Source: a virus
Taxonomy: Duplodnaviria > Caudoviricetes
Virus record (IMG/VR): IMGVR_UViG_3300021431_000079
Span: 1-64,000 of that record
Direction: 5' to 3' (one strand)
DNA length: 64,000 nt
Below the pieces are notes generated by a model. That model worked only from the letters and a program-made list of their open reading frames with translations, made no database searches and had not been told where the DNA came from. Every line of letters starts with the position of its first letter. Positions within the stretch are counted from its first letter, which is position 1. This document shows positions 21,824 to 32,469 of the stretch, one piece after another. A program made the position numbers and the translations under genes.

Positions 21824-22072
21824 TCATTCCAAGTCAAGATCATCGTACCCACGAGGTGCTCCATCATTATCATCATCGGCCTCATCAGGAAGTTCGAAGG
21901 AAAGCTTAAATGTAAAATATTCAACACCCTCTGGAAGTTCGGGCTTAAGCTGTTCGCCCACTGACCCATTCTCATCCATCAGGACTCCATCTTCATTAAT
22001 ATATACATCCTTAAAGGTGATGTTTTTCTTTCTGTTAGTAACCTTTGGGTCTGTAATTTTAATCTGAATCAT
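21824..22072 (-). CDS. small acidic hypothetical protein
   Basis: 82 aa ORF, AAGGAG RBS. Confidence 0.65.
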   Translation of the reverse strand: MIQIKITDPKVTNRKKNITFKDVYINEDGVLMDENGSVGEQLKPELPEGVEYFTFKLSFELPDEADDDNDGAPRGYDDLDLE

Positions 22073-22110
22073 GATTATTTATTCTCCTTATACTGTTATA
22101 CAGTTTAAAT

Positions 22111-22773
22111 TTAATTCATAACAATAACATCAGAAAGACTTGTGATAATTTTGTCCGCAATTCCGAAGCTTTCAGATGTTGCTTCTTTAGGTGAGATATA
22201 CCAGTCCTTCTTCTGATTCTTTGTGAACACCTTTGGATCAATTGTTGTACGACTAAGAATGTATTCACGCATTTTATGAAGAGTATCTTTGTAATTTTTT
22301 GTAGCGGCGGCAATTTCTTCTTGTGTTCCAGAAACACCCTCTATTCTACCCTGATGGCAAAGCAATTGACTGTGTTCAAATACAAATCTCTTTTTTCCTG
22401 ACAGGAATATAATAAATGCTGCCGACATTACGGAAGACAACGCGATCGTATACACTGGCGTTACCGATGTTTGTATTACATCAGCAAGAGAGAAAGCCAA
22501 TTCAAGATCTCCTCCGGGGCTATCAATCAACACCAGAATTGGTTTTCTTTCGTCTATTGATTTACCAATGTCCTCAATGTTAATGCTAATAATATTTTTA
22601 ATTAACTGTGAAATTTCGGAATATCCAGAATCATCCCTATAGATTACATCCTCTATATAAAATGTTCTGTTGTTTCTTCCTATATAATAGTCTAAATCTT
22701 CTGGATCTGGCAGTTCCATTTGAGAATATGTTTTAAGCAAACGCTCAACACCTTGTAAAAGAATATCGCTCAT
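22111..22773 (-). CDS. ClpP-like protease subunit
   Basis: IDSPGG, VMSAA (Ser), LCHQ (His) and KDWY (Asp) motifs. Confidence 0.85.
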   Translation of the reverse strand: MSDILLQGVERLLKTYSQMELPDPEDLDYYIGRNNRTFYIEDVIYRDDSGYSEISQLIKNIISINIEDIGKSIDERKPILVLIDSPGGDLELAFSLADVIQTSVTPVYTIALSSVMSAAFIIFLSGKKRFVFEHSQLLCHQGRIEGVSGTQEEIAAATKNYKDTLHKMREYILSRTTIDPKVFTKNQKKDWYISPKEATSESFGIADKIITSLSDVIVMN

Positions 22774-22805
22774 GCAATTTAATAACTCCTTTATCAATAT
22801 TTGAA

Positions 22806-24038
22806 TTACATCTTATCTGCAACCTCAGCTATCTTTGATCTATAGATATTTTTCAACTCAATCTCTCCATAGAATGGTTGACCCCTGAATACCTCAGATA
22901 GTCTACGCATACCATTATTCTTACCAGAGTATTGAGCCATATCTACTTGCTGTTTATAATCACCATCAACAATACAAATACAGTCATTACCAATTCTCTG
23001 AAGCGCAAGCTTCATAAGAGTAATATCCATATTCTCTGCTTCGGTAATATATATTGCGGCACTCATACCAGACGTATCATAACCTCTGATATCACTCATT
23101 GGCATAAGGATGATTTTCTCCTGAGATAACATCTGCTCAAGCATAAAAGAACCACCAAGTTTTGAACTCAGTATTCCACCAACCTGAGAATCAACAAGCT
23201 TCTCGTCTCTTGTTCCGGGATAGAAACCAAGTCGAGCCGCATTAACAGTAGCAACAGGATTACAGAAAACAATAATTTTATCTATCTTATGTCTCTCTAA
23301 AAGATTCATCATCACACCAAGTGCAAGAGTAGTTTTACCAGATCCCGCCTTACCAGTAAGCATTGTGATCTGATTGTTGAATAAGCTATTTAATGCGCAC
23401 TGTTGATACACATCACCGTTATATGCTTTGACCATTCCAAGAGCGGTAGACTTAGCATTTTCAATTTTAATATTTTTGTATTCAGTGCCATTCCAAATGA
23501 GCTTATCAACTATGTTGCCATTTGAATCTTTTACTATGAGATACTGATTAATTAAAGTATCGAATCTACGTATTTTTAAATCGCTGTAAAACTCAGCCAT
23601 CTCTTCATCAGAAAGACTAACCTCAACATATCCAGTATAATCATTCTTCTTTTCATCTTGCTCTTCATTTACTCTGAGTTTGAAAGACTCACGAGCAATT
23701 ATCCTACAGCAAACATCTTTAGAATAGAAGATAAGATTCTCATCGTTAAATACGACCTTGCTTGAAAGTGCATCACTACAAATGATATCGTCTGGTGTTG
23801 AGCATTGATCCCTGTCTGCAAAACTTACAACTTTGAACTTATCATAATGATGATCAATAAACTTGGCAATTCTATTTGCTTTGAGCTTCACATCATCATC
23901 TTTGTTCTTGTTGGTCTTTATATTCTCCAACTCACGCAAGGTTTGTGTGGAGAGATATAAATAATCATCCTTCGTAAGTTCGTCCAGTTCTTCATTCGAG
24001 AGATCAAGTAAATAGCTTGTGTCAAAAAATCGGATCAT
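22806..24038 (-). CDS. phoH: PIN-domain PhoH-like ATPase
   Basis: N-terminal PIN-like FDTS...RELE...DD; GKAGSGKT; LGFYPG; IRG; EAEN; GDYKQ. Confidence 0.85.
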   Translation of the reverse strand: MIRFFDTSYLLDLSNEELDELTKDDYLYLSTQTLRELENIKTNKNKDDDVKLKANRIAKFIDHHYDKFKVVSFADRDQCSTPDDIICSDALSSKVVFNDENLIFYSKDVCCRIIARESFKLRVNEEQDEKKNDYTGYVEVSLSDEEMAEFYSDLKIRRFDTLINQYLIVKDSNGNIVDKLIWNGTEYKNIKIENAKSTALGMVKAYNGDVYQQCALNSLFNNQITMLTGKAGSGKTTLALGVMMNLLERHKIDKIIVFCNPVATVNAARLGFYPGTRDEKLVDSQVGGILSSKLGGSFMLEQMLSQEKIILMPMSDIRGYDTSGMSAAIYITEAENMDITLMKLALQRIGNDCICIVDGDYKQQVDMAQYSGKNNGMRRLSEVFRGQPFYGEIELKNIYRSKIAEVADKM

Positions 24039-24089
24039 GATAAATTCTCCTTTTTTAATTTATTTGTTCAAAATAAGAAAAGAAGATTA

Positions 24090-24266
24090 TCACTTCCAAT
24101 CACTTGAGTAGATTATTTTATCATCTCTATACTTCTTTAAATAAGAAAGATTTCTGGGAGATTCTACCATATAATAATGTCTGCGCTTTCCATATGTATG
24201 AAAAATATTTCTGTCACCAAATCTCTTTCTGATTGCCATAGCTTCTTGTTTATTTACTAAAACCAA
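24090..24266 (-). CDS. 58 aa hypothetical protein (below ORF-track cutoff)
   Basis: TTG start just after the RNAP stop with AAGG RBS; open frame VLVNKQEAMAIRKRF...SDWK. Confidence 0.5.
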   Translation of the reverse strand: MVLVNKQEAMAIRKRFGDRNIFHTYGKRRHYYMVESPRNLSYLKKYRDDKIIYSSDWK

Positions 24267-24268
24267 AA

Positions 24269-27200
24269 TTATGTACCTTCCTTATATACATATTCTGAAT
24301 CCTTACCCTTAACAAAAGATTCCATGAAATACCGATTATTTGTTCTATACATACAGTTCAAGAACTTTCTGGAATATCTCTTGTTAGCATCCTTTAATTC
24401 AGTTCTTTCCAATTCATTATCATTCAGAATAGATAGCTCAACTATCTTGTTCACAGTAGCCCTTCCCATTTTAATACCACGAATACCATCTAACAGTTTT
24501 TCCATCTTAGATGATATTTTAGTGTAACTGTCAAAAGAGGAGAGTTCCTTATCATCAGAAATATCCGAGATAGCTTCTATGTATTCTTTAATTAACATCC
24601 TAACCTTTGTAATGTGATCCGTGTTAAAGTTGTCTTCAACCTTCACAAAAAAATCAGTGGTAGGAAGAGTCTTGTCATATATTGTTGGTTTGATGGCGTT
24701 TAAACATTCTACCAACCAGTTCATAGGACAAACAAAATCAGGATTGATTCTGTTTTTCATCTTATTTATGTTCTTCTTAACAACATCATAAGAAATAACA
24801 TCACCGTCTTTTATATGCTGAACTGGTCTTGTGTGTTTCATAAATTTTGGAAAGTCATATTTGTACTTTCTAACATTTCCATCATCATCTGTTATATATC
24901 TAACGTACTGCATACACGAAAGGTTTTGCAGTCGCACAATCTCAGCATTGGCATCCACCTCGAATTCTCTCTTAGTGGAGTCGATAATAACCTGCCCTGT
25001 TAAGTGTTGTAGCTCTTTATCTACAACCTTTGGCTTTCACCAAAGTGTCGGACTATCTCTTTATCTACGACTTTACGTTTAGATATTCGGCGCTCGTGTC
25101 CTGATTATTGCTTACCTGCTCACAGATTAGTCTCTGAACCTTCTTACTACTTTTATGGTATTCGTAAGCTTGGCTTCTGATTGGCATATATATTCACATA
25201 CTTAGCTTTCCAGAAATTCACCGAATTTTAATTATATATATTTCTATATAATTGACCCATTTTGTTAAGCCAACACACTCAAAATTATAAACACGTTATA
25301 CAGTTGCTTTGTATCTTGATCAGTGTCCTCAGACAGTCCATTACTTATATTCGTATAGTAATAGGAGAGTGCGAGTTGTGCGAGATTAGAAGACCAACCT
25401 ATTCCAAGTCTTGACTTAGAAAGATTATTATCCATCTTCGCATAATCCTCTAAAGTGTTATCATAGAAGATACCACTCTCTTTCAATGCGTTCACAATTG
25501 TTCTATAATTCGTAAACGCTGTCTTTGCACACCTTACAATGTCTTGTTGATTTGTCACGAAGCAGAAGTCTGCACCTGTTATATCCACGGCTCTTTATCC
25601 GTAGCGTCTCCAACTTTCATTGGAGTATCGGACTATCTCATCAACCCAATTACCATTAGGCTGTTCGGCACTCGTGTCTGGGTTATCGCTCTACCTGCTC
25701 ACCAGTTAGTCTCTAAACGTTACCACCTACTTCAATGGTATTCAGTAGTCTTCGTAATTGATTGGCATATATTTATAAAATACTTAGCTTTCCAATTTTT
25801 CACCGAATTTAATCATCATTATTGCTAATGAAGTGATCCAATTTTTAGATATACAATACTTATTGAATACTATATATCATGCAAGAAAATCAAAATCAGC
25901 ACCGTTCAATCTCGACTGTATACTCGTATTTATACAATTGACAGCAATTATATTTGGACTAAACTTAAAGTACCTTTCCATCTCATCTGAATAATGATTA
26001 TGAAAGTACACTATATTGTTCGGGCTATTATGTGGACTTCTGAATCCTGCAAGATACTCACCATCAGCAAACCTCTTTGTATAGCACTGAATGCAATCCT
26101 TCTCAAACTGTAAAGATTGATCCTTGTTCCAATCCTCACCAACAACATAAAGCAGGAGAGCATATGGATTCCCACACAAAGTAAGATTATCTGCATTAAC
26201 AAATATCTTTCCAGTTCTTAACTTTTCCACATAAGCAAATATAATTGCTCTCTTTTCCTTCTTAAACCAATTGCATTTCCAGATATCCCTATTCCATTTC
26301 AAAAGATCAGCAAGCATCTCATAGTGATTACTGATGTTTGCGTTCTTTCTTAGAAATGCCTCAAATACATCAACATTATTTTTTAATTTCGTTATATACT
26401 CTGCACTTGTTTGAATAATGTTCTCAATATCACTCTTTGTACATGGTAAACTATTCACCATCTGATAGCTCATCTGCTGATACTTACCAAGTTTACTTGG
26501 GTGATCTGTTTTCACTATTCCCCAGTTATTTCCATTTTCTCTGATTTTACTCTTCCAATACTCATAAGCCTCAAGCTTATCATTCCCCATTATGTCCCAA
26601 AATTTCTTATACCACTTAACAGCATTCTCAGTTGTGATGATCTTTATGTCCTTCAGCCTGTGCTTTAATCCAAAAATATCTGCAACCTCATAAGTGTCAT
26701 AATCATTTCCTGTTTTTTCACACCAGTCTTTAAAGAAGAGTTGAATATGTGTCCTGAATCCACACATCTTAAAGAAGTGATTCCTGAGCAACAACATTCC
26801 ATTAGAATCATCTGGCATACAGCTTGATTCTATGAGTCCCATTCCATCCCAAAGAGTATTGACCACATCACGTTCTTCCGTCTTAACTGCACATCTCTTT
26901 TGAATCTCATTGTTCTGGTCGTAATACTCTTCAGCATAAACAACATCAACCATTGTCCTGAATACAGAATCCTGATCCTTTACAATAACCAAATTCTCTA
27001 CTGGCATATGGAATAGCCCGGTAATAGATGATGTAGTAAGAGGAGCATATGCTGACATTTCCACGATCTTAGCATTATGCTCTGGCATCTTATGACCAAC
27101 ACCCATAGTCAACCAGTTATAAGCTACATCATATAGTTCCTCGTTGATAAACATAGCCTGACCAAGTTTAGCCTTAGCGGGAGTCCTGAACAGATACTTG

Positions 27201-27640
27201 TAATGAATGGTCTCTGTAACCTCTTTCTTTTCTGCCTTGTCATAATTCTTATAGGTCACATCAATTCCATCAGTATAAATGATCTTTCTAAGTTCCTCTC
27301 TGCTGATCTGCTTGTACTGATCCTTATGTCTCTCCACACGTTCAAGGATGGATTTGATTTTTTCCATATCCTCATCCTTGGCATTGTACAAAAGCTTCTT
27401 TACACGTTTTACTTCACCTGTATATGATTTAGTCCCAAAATCAAAATCCAGACAAATCACATCTCTTGTAGATTCATTGTTATAAACATGAAGTCCATGT
27501 TCCTTCATAAAGAATAAGAACATTGAGTTGTTCAGCATAGCATCCGTGTAAGTACCATACTCCCTAACACCAGAATTTAGCTCATATAGAATAGCGGCAG
27601 AGTATTTCCTGATCTTTAGACCGTATTCACCATTTGCCAT
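24269..27640 (-). CDS. YonO-like single-chain DNA-dependent RNA polymerase, spliced: join(25888..27640,25268..25572,24269..24994), 927 aa
   Basis: LWDGMGLI, LLRNHFFK and GFRSPH motifs; splicing rebuilds the catalytic RLNGADFDSD and LSVLAQVIIDSTKR; total 2784 nt is in frame. Confidence 0.88.
24995..25267 (-). ncRNA. group I intron (273 nt, no ORF), RNAP intron 2
   Basis: UUGGCU|UAAC...ACAGGG|CAGGUU boundaries; IGS GGUCAAU pairs with GUUGGCU; R UUCAGAGACUA; S AAGAGAUAGUCC. Confidence 0.9.
25573..25887 (-). ncRNA. group I intron (315 nt, no ORF), RNAP intron 1, inside the DxDxD motif
   Basis: UUUGAUU|UUCUUG...CAGGUG|CAGAC boundaries; IGS GAUCA..AUUAGC pairs with exon GCUGAU..UGAUU; R UUUAGAGACUA; S AUGAGAUAGUCC. 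Confidence 0.88.
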
Positions 27641-27766
27641 GCATAGCAGTTCCTCCTATAACCATGTTTATACTTTTTCATGTAAAACATATTTTAATTC
27701 TCCTTAAAGAGTAAAATTTCTGTACCTATAACCTGAGAGATAAAAGGTATAGTTCCAGATATGAAC

Positions 27767-27795
27767 ATTATAGCATATAAATAATAACTTGTCAA
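27767..27795 (-). promoter_or_regulatory. consensus sigmaA promoter for the RNA polymerase gene
   Basis: TTGACA-17 nt-TATAAT with extended TG; overlapped by inverted repeat TTATAGCAT...ATGCTATAA. Confidence 0.8.
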
Positions 27796-28054
27796 GAATT
27801 AAATACGATTTTATGCTATAAATATAAATGTTTTTTTAATTCCCTTGGATTCTTATCAACTTATTAATTCTTGTTAACATATGCAATCATATGTTATAAG
27901 CTTCATCATCTTTATCATCTATCAATCACCAATCATATCTTCATCACACTCACTCATCATTCTTGTCTGATTAAAACGAGATTCATCCGTAGGATGAATG
28001 CTTTAAACCGAAGGTTTAAATAAATTAGTCAACGGAGCGACAGCGGAGTTGACC

Positions 28055-28283
28055 TTTATAGTATCAGATAGTTATAGAATAAAATAGTTATAGCTAAATA
28101 TATATAACTATAAAAGAATATAGATTTAATAGTTATAACTTAAAAGAATATAGGATAAAATATTAATAGAGTAAAATATATATAGAATAAAATAGTTATA
28201 GAATAGAATATATATAAATTAGAATATTAATAGGATGAAATATTATAGAGTATTCTAATAGAATATAAAATATTTTTAATTAA
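28055..28283. repeat. very AT-rich degenerate repeats (ATAGTTATA, TAAAAGAATATA)
   Basis: Near-pure A/T tract adjacent to iteron-like repeats. Confidence 0.6.
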
Positions 28284-28600
28284 GGCTAAAAAATTTTTTA
28301 GCCAAAAATTTGTCCATTTAAAAGTGTAATATATATTGTATATCTTTTAATTGGACAAATTTTTTCAGGAAGCCCCACTACATCGCATTTATCGCACATT
28401 TTCATTCTTCAAAATTATCTTTGATCGGGTAAAAATTTGTCCATTTATGTTTTCAAGTTTTGAAAATTTGTCCATTTATATTTTTCACTTTTTTCAAAAT
28501 TTGTCCAGTTATGTTTTTCAGTTTTTCCATGATCAATAAAAACGTCCATTTAAAAATCTCATAATATATATAAAGAGATATAAATGGACGTTTTTTTTAT
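28284..28600. repeat. iteron-like array AAAATTTGTCCATTTA (7 copies, direct and inverted)
   Basis: Copies near 28304, 28348 (inverted), 28431, 28463, 28496, 28538 and 28581 (inverted). Confidence 0.8.
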
Positions 28601-28609
28601 TTCTCGGTT

Positions 28610-29977
28610 TTAATCTGTTGTGGTGGACACATGACGGTTTAAATAGAAAGATATCAGATCAAGGTAGATATTCTGTTTCTCCTGTTTCTTATACTTTCTT
28701 CTGAACACATTCTCAAAATGTTCAATCATTCTCTTATTTAATTTGTTCTTTATTAAGCTTATATTTGAATCAGGTATCTTTTTCAGATCATCACAACACA
28801 GAACAATATTCTCTCTTTTTAAGATCCCGTCCATACCAAACTCAAACTGAATATCCATGTTCATTTGTTTCTTGTAACTGTTATAGTCTGCATCCTTGGT
28901 TAACCATTGCATTGCATTGGTTTTCTCAATTCTTTTAATTTGTTCAATAACGTTTTGATCTTTGATTAGTTCCTGACAATAGACATACTTATCACTGATT
29001 CCCTGATATTCTCTCTTCACAAAGTAATAGACTTCTGAACAATGAATAATATTTCGATCAATCATATTTTTAATTGATCTGTTCAAGATAGCATACATTC
29101 TTGAAATGATATACATGGAGAACTTTTGAACGTCCTTTTCTGTGACGTTGGGTATATTCTGAGATATTTGTTCAAAGGATGTTCTGTTGTACAGAAGATC
29201 ATAGAATTGTCCAGTAATCATTCCGAACTTATCAAGAAGCTCTGTTTTTGAGACTTGTAAAGAATTGTTATTTTTCTGAAGATAGAAGATTAACAATTGT
29301 TCTATATAAGGTAGATAAATAGAATGATTGCCATAGGAACGTTTATCTTGTCTGGTTTTTTCAACAGGGTATATCTCTTTAATAAAGAATGAGTGTCCTA
29401 TCTTTTCAAATGAGATATATTGAGAGATTGTTTTTAATTGGGCTAATTTTGCGTTACCTGATGATGGACTCATCTGAAAGATAGAACAGAGTTCCTTGTA
29501 GTTCTTTATCGTTTGGCCTACTGTGAGAGATTGTGCTATTAAAGCATAATCTGGATGAGTGAATATAGTATCTTTAGAATGAGTATTGTTTGATGGTTCT
29601 TGATCTGAAGAATCATAAGAAAACAGATCATCAGGAATATCACCAGAATAAAGGTCGGATATCAGATCATCATAAAAAGAGGATGTAGCATCTGCTATAG
29701 GATCATCTGAGGATGAAGATGATAGTTTGACAGATGATGGTCTTACAGACGGTTTCTGGGAATGATGGATATTGGGGATGTTGTTTTCTGGGAGATTGTT
29801 AGGAAGGTCTTCTGAGGGATCATCTGGTAAGTGATCTTCAGAATCTTTGGAGTCCTCGGAATCCTCAGTATCTTCATCCTGTTCAAACTTAAATCCATCA
29901 AATATGTGATCCTTGTTAAACAGATCATCAAACTGTTTATCTGTTAAATCTGAGATATTGTAAACAGCCATAGGCAA
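28610..29977 (-). CDS. putative DNA-binding / replication-initiator-like protein with disordered acidic N-terminus
   Basis: KNYKELC...GNAKLAQLK...FFIKEIY winged-helix-like segment; adjacent to the iteron array; function inferred. Confidence 0.55.
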   Translation of the reverse strand: MPMAVYNISDLTDKQFDDLFNKDHIFDGFKFEQDEDTEDSEDSKDSEDHLPDDPSEDLPNNLPENNIPNIHHSQKPSVRPSSVKLSSSSSDDPIADATSSFYDDLISDLYSGDIPDDLFSYDSSDQEPSNNTHSKDTIFTHPDYALIAQSLTVGQTIKNYKELCSIFQMSPSSGNAKLAQLKTISQYISFEKIGHSFFIKEIYPVEKTRQDKRSYGNHSIYLPYIEQLLIFYLQKNNNSLQVSKTELLDKFGMITGQFYDLLYNRTSFEQISQNIPNVTEKDVQKFSMYIISRMYAILNRSIKNMIDRNIIHCSEVYYFVKREYQGISDKYVYCQELIKDQNVIEQIKRIEKTNAMQWLTKDADYNSYKKQMNMDIQFEFGMDGILKRENIVLCCDDLKKIPDSNISLIKNKLNKRMIEHFENVFRRKYKKQEKQNIYLDLISFYLNRHVSTTTD

Positions 29978-30059
29978 GGTTCTCCTTTAAAAGAATTTAG
30001 GAGTGGTAGTATTGTGTTGTATTGTTGTTTGTTCCAGACATATATTCTGGTGAGATAGA

Positions 30060-32330
30060 TTTGACTGAGTATCAGCGAATCAGCACAGCGAATCAGCAGA
30101 TCAGCGAATTAATAGACCGCAATATCAGCAGATTAAAATCAAGATCATCATAACCAGAATTATTTGGGTTTGATTATAGCATTTAATTTGTGCATTGTCA
30201 ATAAGGAGATGAGATGTAGAAAGGGAAGATATTTTGGGAGGAGTGCTAATAATCTGAGATGTGTTGTGGATTTGATGAGATTTTTGGAAGAGATTTTGGT
30301 GAATGTGATGAGAGAAGGTTACTGTGGGTGGAGAGGTGTTCTGGTTGAGTGGAGTGATTTTGGAGAATGTGATAAATAGAGGGATTAAATTTTGGGTGAG
30401 GATGATGGAAGAGGTGTGTGATTGGAATGGACTAAAAAGTAGGCGGGGAGGTATGAGAGAGAGATAAATAAGAACAGACAATATGAGGGATAAATGTGGG
30501 ACATTTACCCTTGATATGAGGGTAAGGTTAAAGAAGTTAAGGGAGTTAAATAAAAGAATGAAGAAAAATGAAAAGTGTTAAGAATATGAAAAAGAGTAAA
30601 GAACTGTAAAAGTATTGGAAAATAGTAAAAGACAGTAAAGGACAGTAAAACGAATGATATTTGGGGTGAGCAATAGGGAGAACGAATAACAGGGGAAGTG
30701 AATAATGCTCTGGGTGTTTTATAGATAGGGTAGTGTCTGGGAAAGGGGTATTATTCTGACTAAGAAGTATGCCCCCGGAGAGTAGGAATAGTAGAGAGAG
30801 ATGTTGGGAGAGAGGGGTTGGAAGAGAGGTTGTTAGGTGACTCCTCTTCCTTTCCCTATTGTTAGGGTTAGGGTGAGGGTAGAGTGGATGAAAGAAGTTT
30901 GAAAGAAGAATGAAAGAAGAATAAAAGAAGAGGATGAAGAATAATATTAAATAATACTAATAAATTATATTTAATTTAGATAATAAAAGTAAAATAATGA
31001 TATAAATATATATTTAGTAAAGCGGGATAGTATGGAATGTATGGAGATAATAGAGTGAAGATAAAGAGGAATAGAGTGATAGAGGAGTCTTGGGAAAAGA
31101 GGGATCTTGGGATGGGTATATATAAAGTTTAAATAGAAGAATTTTGAGGTGAGGGATCTGGGGAATAGGTAAATGATTTTAGAGAGGTGAAGGTATCTTG
31201 AGAAGGTATCTATAGAGATAGATGAAAGTATCTTGGGAATCTTGAGAAAGATGGAATCTTGAGAAAGGACAGGAGAATATCTTGGGAGGGGTCTGAGAAG
31301 AGATGAGAGATAGATCTTGGGAACAAGAGATGTGAGAGATCTGAGGAGAAGGAATCTTGAAAAGATCTGAGGAAAGAGGGATCTGAAAAAAGGGTGAAAT
31401 CTGAGAAAGAGGGATCTGAGAAAGAGGGAAGTGTATTTTGTTTGGATGTGCATACTATTTGGATGTGATATTTCTTGGGAATGGATGTGAGGAATGGATG
31501 TGGGTGAGTGTATATTATTTGGATGTGATGTATATTAGATGTGAGGGATATTTGGATGTGATATATTTGGATGTGATTGATGTATTGAAGAGATATGGAT
31601 GTGGAGGTGAGAGGTGGATGTAAAAGAGGATTTGGATGTAAAGAGTATTCTTTTGAAAGAGGATTTGAAAAGAGGATTATCTTAGGATTATGTGGAGAGT
31701 ATGTGGGAGTTATGTGGAGTGGTTATCTGGGAAAGAGTAAACAGGGGAAGAGGGAACATGAGAAAAGTTGGGACATGAGAAAGAGGAAAAAGAAAAAAGG
31801 ATGACAGTAAGGAACGTGAGAATAGAGAATGTGAGAATGAGGGGAAACATGAGAACATGGGAATAGAAAGGTGGATAGAGAGGGAACAGATAAAGATGGG
31901 AACAGATGAAGGTGAAATAGGAGAACAGAGGACAGATGAATAGAATATGCGTTTGTGGTTTTTGAGAAGTGAGTTGGAGGGTATCTTTTGAAAGAGGAAA
32001 CTTTAGAAGAGGGACTTTGGGAGAGAGAGATCTTTTGGGGAGAAGGTTTTTGGAGAGGAAAAGGACTCTGGAAAAAGAAGGGTTATTTTGGGAGAGGTGA
32101 TATTTTTGGGAAGTGTTATTTATAGGAAGAGATTTATATGGAGAACGATGGAAAAGCCCGATGGGATATGGGAGGAGCGTTTGGGAGGAGGGAGAGTGTG
32201 GTGGGGTGAGGAGGGGGCGAGGGAGGCGATGAGGAGGAAGGTATAGTTTTTGCGTTGATTATAATTGATTTAGGATGGGAGTTTTATTGGGTGTGTAGGT
32301 GAAGGAGCTATAGCACTGCCCGCGTTTTCG
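30060..32330 (+). repeat. C-depleted, G/A-rich non-coding tract made of successive short-repeat blocks
   Basis: ATCAGC(GA) block near 30070, GAAAGAAGAA near 30890, GATCT(T)GAG 31090-31425, TTGGATGTG 31440-31640, GAACA(T)G 31750-31940. Confidence 0.7.
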
Positions 32331-32431
32331 GGGGTTAAAAAATCTAAAAAATACCCCGGATAAAATTGAAGAAAATAACTATTTTCCCGCATTTATGGGG
32401 CTTTTTGAAATAAATCAAAAATTTTATTTTT

Positions 32432-32469
32432 TTGTAGCTTTTTGGGGTTAAATTAAAATATGATACAAT
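32432..32469 (+). promoter_or_regulatory. putative extended -10 promoter starting plus-strand (early) transcription
   Basis: TGaTACAAT at 32461-32469 preceded by an AT-rich tract; no clear -35. Confidence 0.45.

Noticed and set aside
24269-27640. RNA polymerase as a pseudogene or three separate genes
   Set aside because: The interruptions are clean group I introns whose removal restores frame and the catalytic motif.
30862-30880. TTAGGGTTAGGG telomere-like repeat
   Set aside because: Only two copies inside a G-rich tract; expected by chance there.
31440-31640. TTGGATGTG repeats as a CRISPR array
   Set aside because: Repeats are about 9 bp with irregular short spacing, and no cas genes are present.
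30125-31804. ORF-track ORFs in the skewed tract (for example 30971..31453)
   Set aside because: Low-complexity translations with no RBS; by-products of the base bias.
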